Position numbers and translations under genes: made by a program. From a virus: a DNA stretch of 64,000 bases. Shown here in pieces: positions 8,725 through 18,316 of this stretch. The stretch is from IMG/VR virus record IMGVR_UViG_3300030687_000017. One strand, 5' to 3'. Numbering within the stretch: position 1 is the stretch's first letter; each line of letters opens with the position of its first letter. A model generated the notes under the pieces. That model had not been told where the DNA came from. It was given only the letters and a program-made list of their open reading frames with translations, and did no database searches.

Positions 8725-9726
8725 ATGGGCGGTTACACAAGCGGTCTGACGTTGAACACGCCGAATTTCAATGCGTGGCTTGGCACGGCATGGGGAGCGG
8801 GTCACTCGTATGAAGTTGCTTGCGCCGAATTCTACGGTGCAAGCAACTTCGTATTCGGCCAGAATCCGCCATACTACATGGATCAGTTCAAGGCGATCCA
8901 TCCAAAGTTCTTTGGCACGCCCACCGCATTGAGCGGCTGCAGCACGGAGATCGGACAGCCGACTGTCACCGTACCGTCAACGAACGGTTTGGACTACGGG
9001 CAGTTTCTGCAGGCGTGGGGAGTGTTCCCTCAGGGTACGTTCATCATCGGCATATCGGGCAACGTGATAACGCTGAATAACTCGGCCATCGTCACCAACG
9101 TCAACGCCACGTTGAACGTGTACGCGTCTACGCCGATTCCCACCGGAGTAATCCAGATGTACTTGAATCTGGCTGTGGCTTCGCTGGTGCAGGCTCGCTG
9201 GTGCGAGATGTGGTGCGTGGCGATTGAGTTGTACATAGCGCACTTCTGCACGCTGTACGCTCGCTCCGACTCTAGCGAGGTGTTCGAGTCGCTGCAGACC
9301 ATCGTGCACGGCGAGACGCCAGCCGGTATAGTGCCTGGCACCGTCTACACGCTTAGCGCAGCGCCTCCAGGCGGAACTTTGCAGTCGTTGAACATCAACG
9401 GCGTGTTCAAGATACCGGGGGTAGACTACACGCTCAGTGGAAACACCGTTACTTTGACGACGACCACCGTAATTGGTGACGATCTGTACGCTACATGGCT
9501 AACGCAGGAGTTGGTGTTGCAGGCTGCTCCGCTCAACGGCGCGCAGATCGCGTCGCAGGGATTAGCGTTCGGACTGCAAACGTCCAAGAGTGTTGGTGAC
9601 GTCAGCGTTGGCTACACCACACTGGAAGCTTTAGCCGACTGGGGGTCGTGGAACTTGACAATATACGGCCAGCAGTTGATCACGTTCGCAAGGGTCGTCG
9701 GCATGGGGCCAGGATTATTTTGGTAG
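8725..9726 (+). CDS. hypothetical structural protein (333 aa), possible head-tail/neck component
   Basis: Position between capsid genes and the HK97 gp10-like gene; no recognisable motif. Confidence 0.45.
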   Translation: MGGYTSGLTLNTPNFNAWLGTAWGAGHSYEVACAEFYGASNFVFGQNPPYYMDQFKAIHPKFFGTPTALSGCSTEIGQPTVTVPSTNGLDYGQFLQAWGVFPQGTFIIGISGNVITLNNSAIVTNVNATLNVYASTPIPTGVIQMYLNLAVASLVQARWCEMWCVAIELYIAHFCTLYARSDSSEVFESLQTIVHGETPAGIVPGTVYTLSAAPPGGTLQSLNINGVFKIPGVDYTLSGNTVTLTTTTVIGDDLYATWLTQELVLQAAPLNGAQIASQGLAFGLQTSKSVGDVSVGYTTLEALADWGSWNLTIYGQQLITFARVVGMGPGLFW

Positions 9727-9760
9727 GTCCTACGGGCATTTAGTGAGCTATAATAGCTGC

Positions 9761-10624
9761 ATGCCTGGTTTAGTGTATTTACTGGTTCACAGACCTACTC
9801 GTAGACCATATGTTGGTGCTACTGAGTCCACCTTAAAGAAGCGCCTTTTAAATCACATAAGAGAAGCTAAACGCGCGTTCAGAAAAATAGACGAAATGCA
9901 TTTACTGATGTCTGATGCTCTTTCTGATTGGGACTATGCCGTCCTAGAAACGGTTACCGATGGAGATAAACAGTATTTATGGAGTCGTGAGTCATTCTGG
10001 ATAGAACGACTCGGTAGTCTCGTACCACTAGGCTTTAACATCGCACAACGTGGTAACGTAGCTACTGGACGGCGTAATCCGTTCTTTGGCAAACATCATA
10101 AATCTACTTCGATTGAGTTAATAAGAACAGCCCGTATTGGCAGTAAACTAAGCGACGAGACGCGCAGAAGAATAAGTAAAAAAGGTCTTGGTAGAAAGCT
10201 TACGCCAGAACATTCTATTAATATTGGCAATGGTAGGCGCGGTAAGACCACCAAAGCACTAGGAGTACCAAAGGCATCTGAACACGCCAGAAAAATAGCT
10301 CTGGCAAGGATAGGCAGTAAACTTGTAGACGGTAAATTTGTAGAAGACAACGGAACTTACTTAGTAAGCAAGTCAACCTGTGTAGAGTGCAATAAAGTAA
10401 TAGTATTTGGTAAAAAGTGGCTACATTTAAACCCCAGCGATGGACACACAGCACGCCCCACAACGGTGAGTACTGTAAACTGGCGTAAACTGCGTGCTTC
10501 AGCGTTGGTAGAATGCAAGAATGTACTACGCTTTGAAAAAGCGCCATGGGTAAAAGTTTGCAGAAGCTTTAATACACCAAATAGAACCACTTGTTCAGAG
10601 TGTAAAGCCCGACTACGCGACTAA
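9761..10624 (+). CDS. GIY-YIG homing endonuclease with NUMOD3 DNA-binding repeats
   Basis: N-terminal GLVYLLVHRPTRRPYVG...KKRLLNH (GIY-YIG). Repeated basic motifs ARIGSKLSDETRRRISKKGLGRK and ALARIGSKL (NUMOD3-like). AT-rich island. ATG 9761 preferred over GTG 9743 because GAGCTATAAT (9746-9754) is then a -10 element. Confidence 0.8.
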   Translation: MPGLVYLLVHRPTRRPYVGATESTLKKRLLNHIREAKRAFRKIDEMHLLMSDALSDWDYAVLETVTDGDKQYLWSRESFWIERLGSLVPLGFNIAQRGNVATGRRNPFFGKHHKSTSIELIRTARIGSKLSDETRRRISKKGLGRKLTPEHSINIGNGRRGKTTKALGVPKASEHARKIALARIGSKLVDGKFVEDNGTYLVSKSTCVECNKVIVFGKKWLHLNPSDGHTARPTTVSTVNWRKLRASALVECKNVLRFEKAPWVKVCRSFNTPNRTTCSECKARLRD

Positions 10625-10645
10625 ACCTAAGTTCGAAAGGAACTT

Positions 10646-10670
10646 GCCTCAGCCTCGACATGGCTGAGGC
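10646..10670 (+). terminator. hairpin (9-bp stem GCCTCAGCC/GGCTGAGGC) followed by ATTCTT
   Basis: Directly after the GIY-YIG stop; the stem also contains the GAGG used as RBS by the next gene. Confidence 0.45.
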
Positions 10671-10676
10671 ATTCTT

Positions 10677-11231
10677 ATGCCTAAGACAGGACCCACCATC
10701 ACCGTAGCGCGTAAGTCTGGTGCCACCGCGTTGGCGAAGCGCATGGCTGGCCTTACGAAGCTGGCCGCTTATGTAGGGGTTCCAGCAGCTGGTAAAGACG
10801 CTCGTAAGCAGCAGTTGCTTGAGATGGCCGGCAAGACCGCCTCCAAAAAGAAGAAAGCCAAGCTTGCAAAAGCGGCGAAGGAAGACATCAACAACGCCGA
10901 GCTACTTTTTATCTTCGAGAAGGGCTCGCCCATCAATAAGCAGCCAGCGCGCCCGGTGTTGAAGCCGGCAATTGAGAACAACAAGGACTCCATCAATCGC
11001 GAGCTCAACGCCTCCATCAAAGCAAGCCTGGATGGAGACAAGGAGAAGGCCGCGAAGTTCATGCTGCGCGCCGCGCTCGCTGGTCAGAACGCCGCGCGTC
11101 GCATCTTCACCGAAGCGAATGGTTGGGAACCGAACGCCAAGTCGACGATAGCGCGCAAGGGCAGCGACGTGCCTGGCATCGACACCGGGGCGATGAGGGC
11201 GGCGATCGTAGGGGTCGTGAGAGAGGAATAG
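10677..11231 (+). CDS. HK97 gp10-family head-tail joining / tail completion protein
   Basis: Segments ARPVLKPAIENN and PGIDTGAMRAAI resemble the HK97 gp10-family signatures (RP(F/V)L(K/R)PA.. and ..DTG.(L/M)R). Confidence 0.5.
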   Translation: MPKTGPTITVARKSGATALAKRMAGLTKLAAYVGVPAAGKDARKQQLLEMAGKTASKKKKAKLAKAAKEDINNAELLFIFEKGSPINKQPARPVLKPAIENNKDSINRELNASIKASLDGDKEKAAKFMLRAALAGQNAARRIFTEANGWEPNAKSTIARKGSDVPGIDTGAMRAAIVGVVREE

Positions 11232-11233
11232 CC

Positions 11234-11542
11234 ATGTTGGATTGGGGAGCACGGCAGCGCAAGCTCAGCAAGATTCGCGGGTATGATGCGCAGGAACAAT
11301 CTACTATTACACTCACCATTACTGGTCCCAAAGATTTCGTAGACAGGTTGGCGCGCCACATTTCATTCATCAAATGGCTGGGTGATATTGGTCATTCCTG
11401 CGTAGCCGGGATAAGCGTAGACGGCGATGGCAGCGATCGAATCAAGGTGGCGGAGGAGCTCCCATCCATCAAAGAATCGGCGGTTAAAACGCACGGAACC
11501 TACCCAGACCAATGGGAGAATGCTGAGAAGATGGACCTGTGA
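11234..11542 (+). CDS. hypothetical protein (102 aa)
   Basis: ATG at 11234 after GAGAGGAA; coupled to the next gene (GTGA overlap). Confidence 0.45.
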   Translation: MLDWGARQRKLSKIRGYDAQEQSTITLTITGPKDFVDRLARHISFIKWLGDIGHSCVAGISVDGDGSDRIKVAEELPSIKESAVKTHGTYPDQWENAEKMDL

Positions 11543-12114
11543 TCTCAGTAGCCGATGTAGTCGTCGATCCCGACATGATAGCGCCGAAGCCGTTCACCAT
11601 ATTCCGCAGCACGGATACGTGGGTGCTGGGCGGAGTGCAGTCAACAGTTACACCGCTGCAGGCATTCGGTCCAGTCCAGCAATTGTCTCCGAAAGAAATA
11701 CAGATGCTGCCAGAAGCCGACCGCGTAGAAGGTGTGCGTGCTTTCTGGTGGACGCAAGCCTTATACGTAACGCGCGGAACTGCTCCGGTTCCCAGCACTC
11801 ACGGTGAGGTTCCAGCTGGTTCTGGTACTACCTACACACTATCAGAAGTACCGCCTGAAGACACCGCCACCGTGTACGTCAACGGTTTGCTGCAGATTCC
11901 TGGCATCGACTACATGATAGTCGGCAACGTACTTACATTCACGAATTCCGTCGTCGGCACGCTCTACATCACGTGGCCATTCACGGCCTACGTAGGCGCG
12001 GCGGCCAGCGACATCTTGCAGTATGAGCATGAGCAGTACCGAGTGATCTCGGTCTACAGAGATCCAGGGGGCGGGTACTTCAAAGCCTTGGCCCGCAGAA
12101 TGGACGCCGCCTAG
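11539..12114 (+). CDS. hypothetical virion protein (191 aa)
   Basis: GTG start overlapping the upstream stop; coding-like composition. Confidence 0.45.
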   Translation: MISVADVVVDPDMIAPKPFTIFRSTDTWVLGGVQSTVTPLQAFGPVQQLSPKEIQMLPEADRVEGVRAFWWTQALYVTRGTAPVPSTHGEVPAGSGTTYTLSEVPPEDTATVYVNGLLQIPGIDYMIVGNVLTFTNSVVGTLYITWPFTAYVGAAASDILQYEHEQYRVISVYRDPGGGYFKALARRMDAA

Positions 12115-12716
12115 TGCCGACTTCTACGCCCTATCCCAATGGTCAAACACTTGTTTCCAGCGCACTTACGGTGGCGCAAATCAACGCCATCATACAGCCT
12201 ATGACGTGCGGCATGATTGGCATCAACCCACCGGATTACAGCGTGGTGCGTGTGGACTGGCAGACCGAGGGGCAGCCATTCATCGCTCGTCCAGATGTTG
12301 ACGTCTGCTTCATCAGCTGCGTGCCAGAGAACGTGGACTACCGGCTGGTAAGAGATCGGACATTCTCTGGTACTGGGCCAGTGGTCGAGACATGGATGTA
12401 CACACGCGGCTGGCGTGTCAACTGGGTGCTGTATGGGCCGAACAGCACGGACCGAGCACGCGCCATCCACTCCGCATTCTTCATGGATTACTTCAACGAC
12501 CTGCTTTCGTTGCAGCAGCTTTATCCAGTGTCCGACTTCGCCGAACCGACGCGCATCCCTGAACAAACAAATGCACAGTGGTTCGATCGGTCCGACTTCA
12601 GCGTAGTCATGTATGAGCAAATCACAGAGACCATATCCGACGGCGCTGTTATAAGCGTTGAAAACAAGGTATTCACAGAAGACGGCCTGCTGGCCGACGT
12701 AACAACGAACGAATAA
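12114..12716 (+). CDS. hypothetical virion protein (200 aa)
   Basis: GTG start overlapping the upstream TAG (TAGTG); start uncertain. Confidence 0.4.
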   Translation: MPTSTPYPNGQTLVSSALTVAQINAIIQPMTCGMIGINPPDYSVVRVDWQTEGQPFIARPDVDVCFISCVPENVDYRLVRDRTFSGTGPVVETWMYTRGWRVNWVLYGPNSTDRARAIHSAFFMDYFNDLLSLQQLYPVSDFAEPTRIPEQTNAQWFDRSDFSVVMYEQITETISDGAVISVENKVFTEDGLLADVTTNE

Positions 12717-12725
12717 AGGAGAACC

Positions 12726-14354
12726 ATGGCCGTTACGCCGCCTCTGGCGCTATCCAACATCATTGACATCACGGTTACGGTGTCTCCCACAGCACCAGCC
12801 GTCAACTCTTTCAACGTAGGATTGTTCGTAGGACCGAGCACCATCATTCCTTCGTACGGAGCCAACAGCCGCGTGCAGTTGTTCACCAGCACGTCGGCCA
12901 TGCAACTTGCCGGATTCACAACCAGTTCACCAGAGTACATTGCGGCACAGATCTACTTCTCGCAGAGCCCTGCGGCGGCCCAGTTCGCTGTCGGTCGGCA
13001 GGACCTCACCGCCATAGGCACCGTCGTCCTGGACGGGCGCACCGTGAACGACGGCGCGATGTCCAGCGTCACCAACCCGACGTTCCTCACCTCCGCCACC
13101 GCCGCCTTCGTGTCCGGCGACGTCGGAACCCCGGTCATCGTGGCCGGAGCCGGAGTGGCAGGGGCCGCACTGGTAACGACCGTCGCGTCGGTCACCAGCG
13201 GCACCGTCGCCGTACTGGCGGCGCCAGCCACCACCACCGTCACCACCGCGCAGACGAGCGTGGGCTACGTCGGCGAGGGCTTCGACGTCGGCGACCAGTT
13301 CAACATCGTGCAGGGCAGCGCCAACTACGGCGTGGGCCAGGCGCTCACGGTCGGCTCGACGGGGCAGATCCTGACGTTCAGCGTGCCGACGCAGGGCACC
13401 GGCTACAGCATGGCCAACGGTCTGACGTGCACGGCGATCTCGCCATCCACCGGAAACGGCCTGAAGGTGGACATCACCGCCATCGGCGAGTCGCTGCTGC
13501 AGGCCGCCACGGCGTGCCGGATCGCCAGCGGCGCGTGGTACGGGCTCACGGTGAACGCGCCCGCTGACGCAGACAACATCGCCATCAGCGAGTGGGCCGA
13601 CCCGCTGTGGCAGAGCACGCGCTACTACCCGTATTCGAATTCGGTCGGCATTCCAGCTGGCACTGCGAACAATGTAGCTCTGCAATTGCAAACGCTGTCG
13701 CTGCGCGTACTTGGCCAGTACGGCACGACGCAGGGCGGATTGTTCCCGAACAATGTCTATGCGGCTGTGGCGTTGATGGGCGTGGAGATGGGCCTTAATA
13801 CCGGACTCGCCGGGAGCTTCTTCACAGTGGCGCACAAGACACTGGTAGGTATCGCCCCAGAGCCGCTGTCGCAGACCCAGTACGCCAATATCCTGTCGGC
13901 CGGCTTCAATGTGTTCGGCAACTTCCAGAACTTCGAGTTGGAGGAGCCGGGTTTCATGTCCAACGGGTCACCATCATACTTGTGGCTGAATCTGGCCATG
14001 TTGGTGGCGCAGATCCAGAGCGCGGAGATGGCCGTACTGCAGTCGGAGGCAGCTGTTCCGCAGACGAATGCTGGCGAGCATCTGCTTATCCAGGCCGCGA
14101 ATTCGGCGTGCACGTTCATGGCGAATATCGGCTTCCTCGCCGGCAATACTTGGCAGGGCGCTTCGATCAACATTACAGGGTTGTCGATTACGAATGGCCA
14201 AGCTCTTCCTTCTGGCTTCCTGAACTTGTCACAGCCGTATTCGCAGCAATTGACGGCCGATCGCGACGCCGGCAAGGCCATGCCGATCTACACGTTCATC
14301 ACCACGGCGGGTGCGGTTCAAAGCTTGACAATCGGAGTGTTTGTTCAACTGTAA
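12726..14354 (+). CDS. putative tail sheath-like protein
   Basis: 542 aa, RBS AAGGAGAA; followed by a ~150-aa tube-like protein, chaperone and TMP, the canonical contractile-tail gene order. Confidence 0.5.
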   Translation: MAVTPPLALSNIIDITVTVSPTAPAVNSFNVGLFVGPSTIIPSYGANSRVQLFTSTSAMQLAGFTTSSPEYIAAQIYFSQSPAAAQFAVGRQDLTAIGTVVLDGRTVNDGAMSSVTNPTFLTSATAAFVSGDVGTPVIVAGAGVAGAALVTTVASVTSGTVAVLAAPATTTVTTAQTSVGYVGEGFDVGDQFNIVQGSANYGVGQALTVGSTGQILTFSVPTQGTGYSMANGLTCTAISPSTGNGLKVDITAIGESLLQAATACRIASGAWYGLTVNAPADADNIAISEWADPLWQSTRYYPYSNSVGIPAGTANNVALQLQTLSLRVLGQYGTTQGGLFPNNVYAAVALMGVEMGLNTGLAGSFFTVAHKTLVGIAPEPLSQTQYANILSAGFNVFGNFQNFELEEPGFMSNGSPSYLWLNLAMLVAQIQSAEMAVLQSEAAVPQTNAGEHLLIQAANSACTFMANIGFLAGNTWQGASINITGLSITNGQALPSGFLNLSQPYSQQLTADRDAGKAMPIYTFITTAGAVQSLTIGVFVQL

Positions 14355-14385
14355 GTCCGCCTGAGCGGAAGAAAAGGAATCTGTC

Positions 14386-14841
14386 TTGGGACAAGGGGCA
14401 ACTTATTCATTCAAGAGTCTGACGGGCGTTCTAACGAACGACGTCTTTGGCGTAACCATCCCGCTGACCGGCGGCAACATCGGAGCCGGCAGCTTTTCCA
14501 TTCGTATGTCGACCACCCGGTCGGCGCACGATGTGGCGGCAGATGGTACGGTAATGGTGTCGTACATCGCTGGTGATAACGGCGAGCTCGACATCAACGT
14601 GCAGGAGTCGTCTTCACTGCACTCGGACCTGCTGGATCTGTGGAATCAGTGCTTGCTGGCCGCGAACAACGACGACGTCAGCGGCTGGGCGGCTACATCC
14701 ATCAGCTTCCGTATGCTGACGGACGGTACGCAGCACACACTGACCGGCTGCAGTTTTGACAAGGTGCCAGACAAGCCATACGAGGCCAATGGCCAGCGTG
14801 TGACCTGGAAGCTGATGGCGGCCAACGTAATCAACCAGTAG
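14386..14841 (+). CDS. putative tail tube protein
   Basis: 151 aa directly after the sheath-like gene and before the chaperone/TMP. Confidence 0.45.
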   Translation: MGQGATYSFKSLTGVLTNDVFGVTIPLTGGNIGAGSFSIRMSTTRSAHDVAADGTVMVSYIAGDNGELDINVQESSSLHSDLLDLWNQCLLAANNDDVSGWAATSISFRMLTDGTQHTLTGCSFDKVPDKPYEANGQRVTWKLMAANVINQ

Positions 14842-14854
14842 TAAGGAGCAAGAA

Positions 14855-15340
14855 ATGTCACGAAGCAAGGTAGTGGAGTTGAAGGGCGCGTCGTACGAGG
14901 TCCGCAAGCTGTCGCCAGACGTGGGCAGCTTCATCTTCATGCGTATGATGAGCATCAGCATGCGAATGATGCAGGAGCGCGCCGAACGGGAGTTAGAGGC
15001 AGCTTCCAAGCGGCGCGGGTCTGTAGAGCAGGTCGCGGAGCAGCCAACCGAGGAACAACCGGCCATCAGCGGCGAGGACCGGGTGCGCGCTCTGGCGTTC
15101 ACTGTCCTGTCTGGTGGTGTGGAGTTCTCTGACTTCCAGTTCATCCAGACGGCGTGCTTGAAGGTGGCGTCGAAGAAGGATGAGAACGGAAATGCCATGC
15201 CCATTATGACGGACGGCGGTGTATGGACCAAGGATGGTTACGGCGTGCGGGACGACGTCGGTCTCGTGATGCAGCTGGTGTCCGAGGTCCTGGTGTTCTG
15301 CTTCGGCGCTTTTTTCGAGTCCACCGCCCCTGGTTTGTGA
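14855..15340 (+). CDS. tail assembly chaperone (gpG-like, short form)
   Basis: 161 aa immediately upstream of the TMP; carries slippery heptamer T_TTT_TTC near its 3' end. Confidence 0.6.
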   Translation: MSRSKVVELKGASYEVRKLSPDVGSFIFMRMMSISMRMMQERAERELEAASKRRGSVEQVAEQPTEEQPAISGEDRVRALAFTVLSGGVEFSDFQFIQTACLKVASKKDENGNAMPIMTDGGVWTKDGYGVRDDVGLVMQLVSEVLVFCFGAFFESTAPGL

Positions 15341-15558
15341 TGCCGGGTGACGACGGGGACGGACCAGGATTCGAGGTGGCGGGGTTTCCAACCCTGAACG
15401 CCTTCCTGTGGCAACCCGTCGCTGCCGGTCTCTGGCGGCAGCATGAGATGTTCGACGGTACATACGACATCGGGGACTTGCTCGATGTGTTGGAGTACCT
15501 GGACACCAAAGAAGAGAACATGCGGCGCGTCAGGGCGCATGCGGCGAAAGGAAACTGA
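14855..15558 (+). CDS. tail assembly chaperone -1 frameshift fusion product (gpGT-like)
   Basis: Slippery site TTTTTTC at 15310-15316 in the 0-frame as T_TTT_TTC. The -1 frame is open to 15558, where its TGA overlaps the TMP ATG; a GC-rich potential stem follows 6-8 nt downstream. Confidence 0.55.
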
Positions 15559-17135
15559 TGGCAACGAGCTTCGTCGATGAATATCTAGTCAAGCTCGGTT
15601 CTAGCGTGGATCAGAGCGGCATGGCCAGGTTCGCGCAGGCGCTGAAGGAGGCCACCTCCGTGGCCGGCAACAGCGCGTCCGCCATAGCGGGTGCGTTCTT
15701 CAAGGCGCAAATGGAAATCACCGGTGGATTCCTGGCGATCGGGACAGCCGCGGTCGGCATGGTGGACAAGGTCGCCATGGCAGATCAGTCATACCGCCTG
15801 CTGGCCTTGAACATGCACATCAGCAAGGAAGCCGCGCGCGGTCTCCAAATCTCCATGGACGCGCTCGGCGCCACCCTAGACCAGATGACGTGGGACCCAG
15901 AGCTGCGCGCTCGCACCGCCGTGCTGATGCACGACATGCACGCCATGGCCCCGGACGGCGATTTCGACGCGCAGATGAAGAAGGTGCGCGACATTCGCTT
16001 CGAGTTCACGCGCATGGAGGTCGAGGGCGAGTTCCTGGCCATGAATGTGGTGAACACGTTCATGAAGGCGCTGGGTCTGGGTCCCGACACGCTGCTGGAG
16101 AAGCTGCAGCGCTTCAACAACTGGGTGACCACCAGCATGCCGGAAATATCGGCCAAGATCACCAGCGTGTTCCTTCCGGTGTGGAAGGACGTCAAGGACG
16201 TGTTCCATACGGTCGGGAGCGCGGTGTCCGAGACCGCCTTGGCGTTCACCAATTTGGTCGGAATCTTCGACCATTCCGTCAGCGGCAGTACGTTCAATTT
16301 TCAAAAGTTCGCCAAGGCCTTGATCGACGTGATCCACCTGTTCGCGGTGTTCGTGGAGGGCGTGGCCACCGCCGAGGAGCGAGTGGCGCGCCTGTTCACG
16401 GCGGCGGCGCTAGCGTCCCATGGCAGATTCTCCGAGGCCGGATCGGTGCTGAGCGCGCCCGTCAAAGACGGCTCTGGGGCCACCACCACGAACAGTCCGA
16501 TACTGCCGAACATACCGGGGTTCAGTAGTGGAACGCAGGCGCAAGCGCAGGGCAATGCAGGCATCAACATACACGAGATGATAACGCATGTCGCTGAGCA
16601 GTTGGGAATCGATACGGACGTGGCGCACGCTCTCGCGCGTGGCGAAAGCGGCGAACGCCAGTACGACTCCAGCGGCAATTTGCTGCGCGGAAAAAACAAG
16701 GACGGCTCGCACACTTCCGCCGCCGGGGTGTTCCAGTTGCTGAAAGGCACGGCGCGCGGCCTTGGCGTAGATGCCGCTGACACTGGGCAGAACATTAAGG
16801 GCGGACTTACATACTTGGCGCAACTTCTGAAGATGTTTCACGGCAATGTCTACGAGGCCGTGGGCGCGTACCATGACGGTCCTGGCGCCATGAACAAGGC
16901 GCTGTACCGCCACGGCGCGCTAAGCTCGGAGGCGCAGGCCGAGATAGCGGCCATCGCGCGCGCCAAGGGAGTGTCGGGCGACATCCACGTCGGATCTATC
17001 GTGATCCACATAGACAAGCCGGGCCACACCAACGAGCACGTCGCGAACGCGGTCGTCTCCAAGCTGAACTCACTGAAAAACAAGCAGACGCAGCGCAACC
17101 TTTATGAGTTGCAAGATGCGGGAGCTACGGGGTAG
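15558..17135 (+). CDS. tail tape measure protein with C-terminal lytic transglycosylase (SLT) domain
   Basis: Position after chaperone; C-terminal motifs ...ARGESGERQYDSSGN...SAAGVFQLL...AYHDGPGAM match the SLT family pattern E-S / GLMQ-like / AYNAGxG. Confidence 0.7.
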   Translation: MATSFVDEYLVKLGSSVDQSGMARFAQALKEATSVAGNSASAIAGAFFKAQMEITGGFLAIGTAAVGMVDKVAMADQSYRLLALNMHISKEAARGLQISMDALGATLDQMTWDPELRARTAVLMHDMHAMAPDGDFDAQMKKVRDIRFEFTRMEVEGEFLAMNVVNTFMKALGLGPDTLLEKLQRFNNWVTTSMPEISAKITSVFLPVWKDVKDVFHTVGSAVSETALAFTNLVGIFDHSVSGSTFNFQKFAKALIDVIHLFAVFVEGVATAEERVARLFTAAALASHGRFSEAGSVLSAPVKDGSGATTTNSPILPNIPGFSSGTQAQAQGNAGINIHEMITHVAEQLGIDTDVAHALARGESGERQYDSSGNLLRGKNKDGSHTSAAGVFQLLKGTARGLGVDAADTGQNIKGGLTYLAQLLKMFHGNVYEAVGAYHDGPGAMNKALYRHGALSSEAQAEIAAIARAKGVSGDIHVGSIVIHIDKPGHTNEHVANAVVSKLNSLKNKQTQRNLYELQDAGATG

Positions 17136-17138
17136 GCC

Positions 17139-17981
17139 ATGTCGACCGCACCAGCACCGATCGCCCAGTATCGTCCTCCGCAATGGGCCAAGATGCCGAT
17201 GGTTTCCGTAACCGTACCGGCAAGTTACGGTCAGAGCAGCGTGGGAACGGAAGTCTCTGGTAGCAGTCCTGACACTCCGTTGCAGTTGTCGGTGACTTCG
17301 TCCACTACTTACGTATTCGACGCCGTCTTATCACTAGAGCATGGACAGACGCTCACCAAGACCATGCACCCGGTGCAAAACGGCGCGGCCATAACCAGCC
17401 ACGCCTACCTCAACCCGGCGTCGCTGGTCATATACGTGCTCATGTCAGACGTGACTCCGCAGTACGTCGCTTCCAATCAGACCAGTCCCCCTTACGTTCA
17501 GCAGTGGACCGGCAATTCGTCCAAGAGCGTGTCGGCGTACCAGCAGATGCTAGCGTTACAGGCTTCACGTGTGCCTCTTCAAGTTACTACTCGTCTGCGC
17601 ACATATTCAAACATGCTGATAGCGGATATCTCGCCGCATGAGGACAATAAGTCCATAACCGGAGCGCGCTTCCGAGTCGAATTTAGCCAGTTGTTTTTGG
17701 CTGACGTGCAGACGGCACCCACAAGTTCTCGTCCGAATGAGACGAATCAGACCGGACTTGGCGAGGTCAGCACCGCACCAACGACATCCACTATCGACAG
17801 TCAGTTCCTTGTGCCCCCAGGCTCCATGATCAATACGCTGAATGCCGATAGCATCAACAACCAGTTTCCGGCGATGCCTGGAACCTTGATAGGCAGTGCG
17901 CAGCAGAATCAAACTGCCGTTAACGTGCCGGGAGCTGGGTCATACAGCTCCACGCCGCAGCAGTTCGGAGGGTCGAACTGA
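17139..17981 (+). CDS. tail/baseplate-associated protein (280 aa)
   Basis: Synteny directly after the TMP; Ser/Thr/Gln-rich. Confidence 0.4.
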   Translation: MSTAPAPIAQYRPPQWAKMPMVSVTVPASYGQSSVGTEVSGSSPDTPLQLSVTSSTTYVFDAVLSLEHGQTLTKTMHPVQNGAAITSHAYLNPASLVIYVLMSDVTPQYVASNQTSPPYVQQWTGNSSKSVSAYQQMLALQASRVPLQVTTRLRTYSNMLIADISPHEDNKSITGARFRVEFSQLFLADVQTAPTSSRPNETNQTGLGEVSTAPTTSTIDSQFLVPPGSMINTLNADSINNQFPAMPGTLIGSAQQNQTAVNVPGAGSYSSTPQQFGGSN

Positions 17982-18316
17982 TGTCGTCGCAAATCATACC
18001 GCTAACGCAGAATCCTAACCAATCATTCTCAGTTCAGTTGACCGTAGATGGTAACCCACTTACATTAGGATTCTTCCTATCATATTCGGTCATGTCCGGT
18101 TGGTGGCAGCTGCAAGTGACAAGTGCGCAGAATGCTATTCTAATCGCTTCACTGCCATTGGTCACCGGCTACTATCCATCGGCAAATATACTGGCGCAGT
18201 ACGGTTACTTGAAGATCGGCAGTGCGTACATCTTGAACACTGGCAATGCGTCTTCCGATTACCCAGGTGCTGCTAACCTTACCAACTTCTCATTGTTGTG
18301 GGGCGATACCGCATGA
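17981..18316 (+). CDS. small tail/baseplate protein (111 aa)
   Basis: ATGA-coupled to the upstream gene; synteny. Confidence 0.4.
   Translation: MSSQIIPLTQNPNQSFSVQLTVDGNPLTLGFFLSYSVMSGWWQLQVTSAQNAILIASLPLVTGYYPSANILAQYGYLKIGSAYILNTGNASSDYPGAANLTNFSLLWGDTA

Noticed and set aside
12927-13835. 302-aa Arg/Gly-rich ORF on the - strand inside the sheath-like gene
   Set aside because: Typical high-GC antisense artefact; Arg-rich, no RBS, overlaps a well-supported + strand gene.
15890-16528. 212-aa Arg/His/Gly-rich + strand ORF inside the tape-measure gene (alternate frame)
   Set aside because: Out-of-frame GC-rich artefact within a gene with clear motifs in the other frame.
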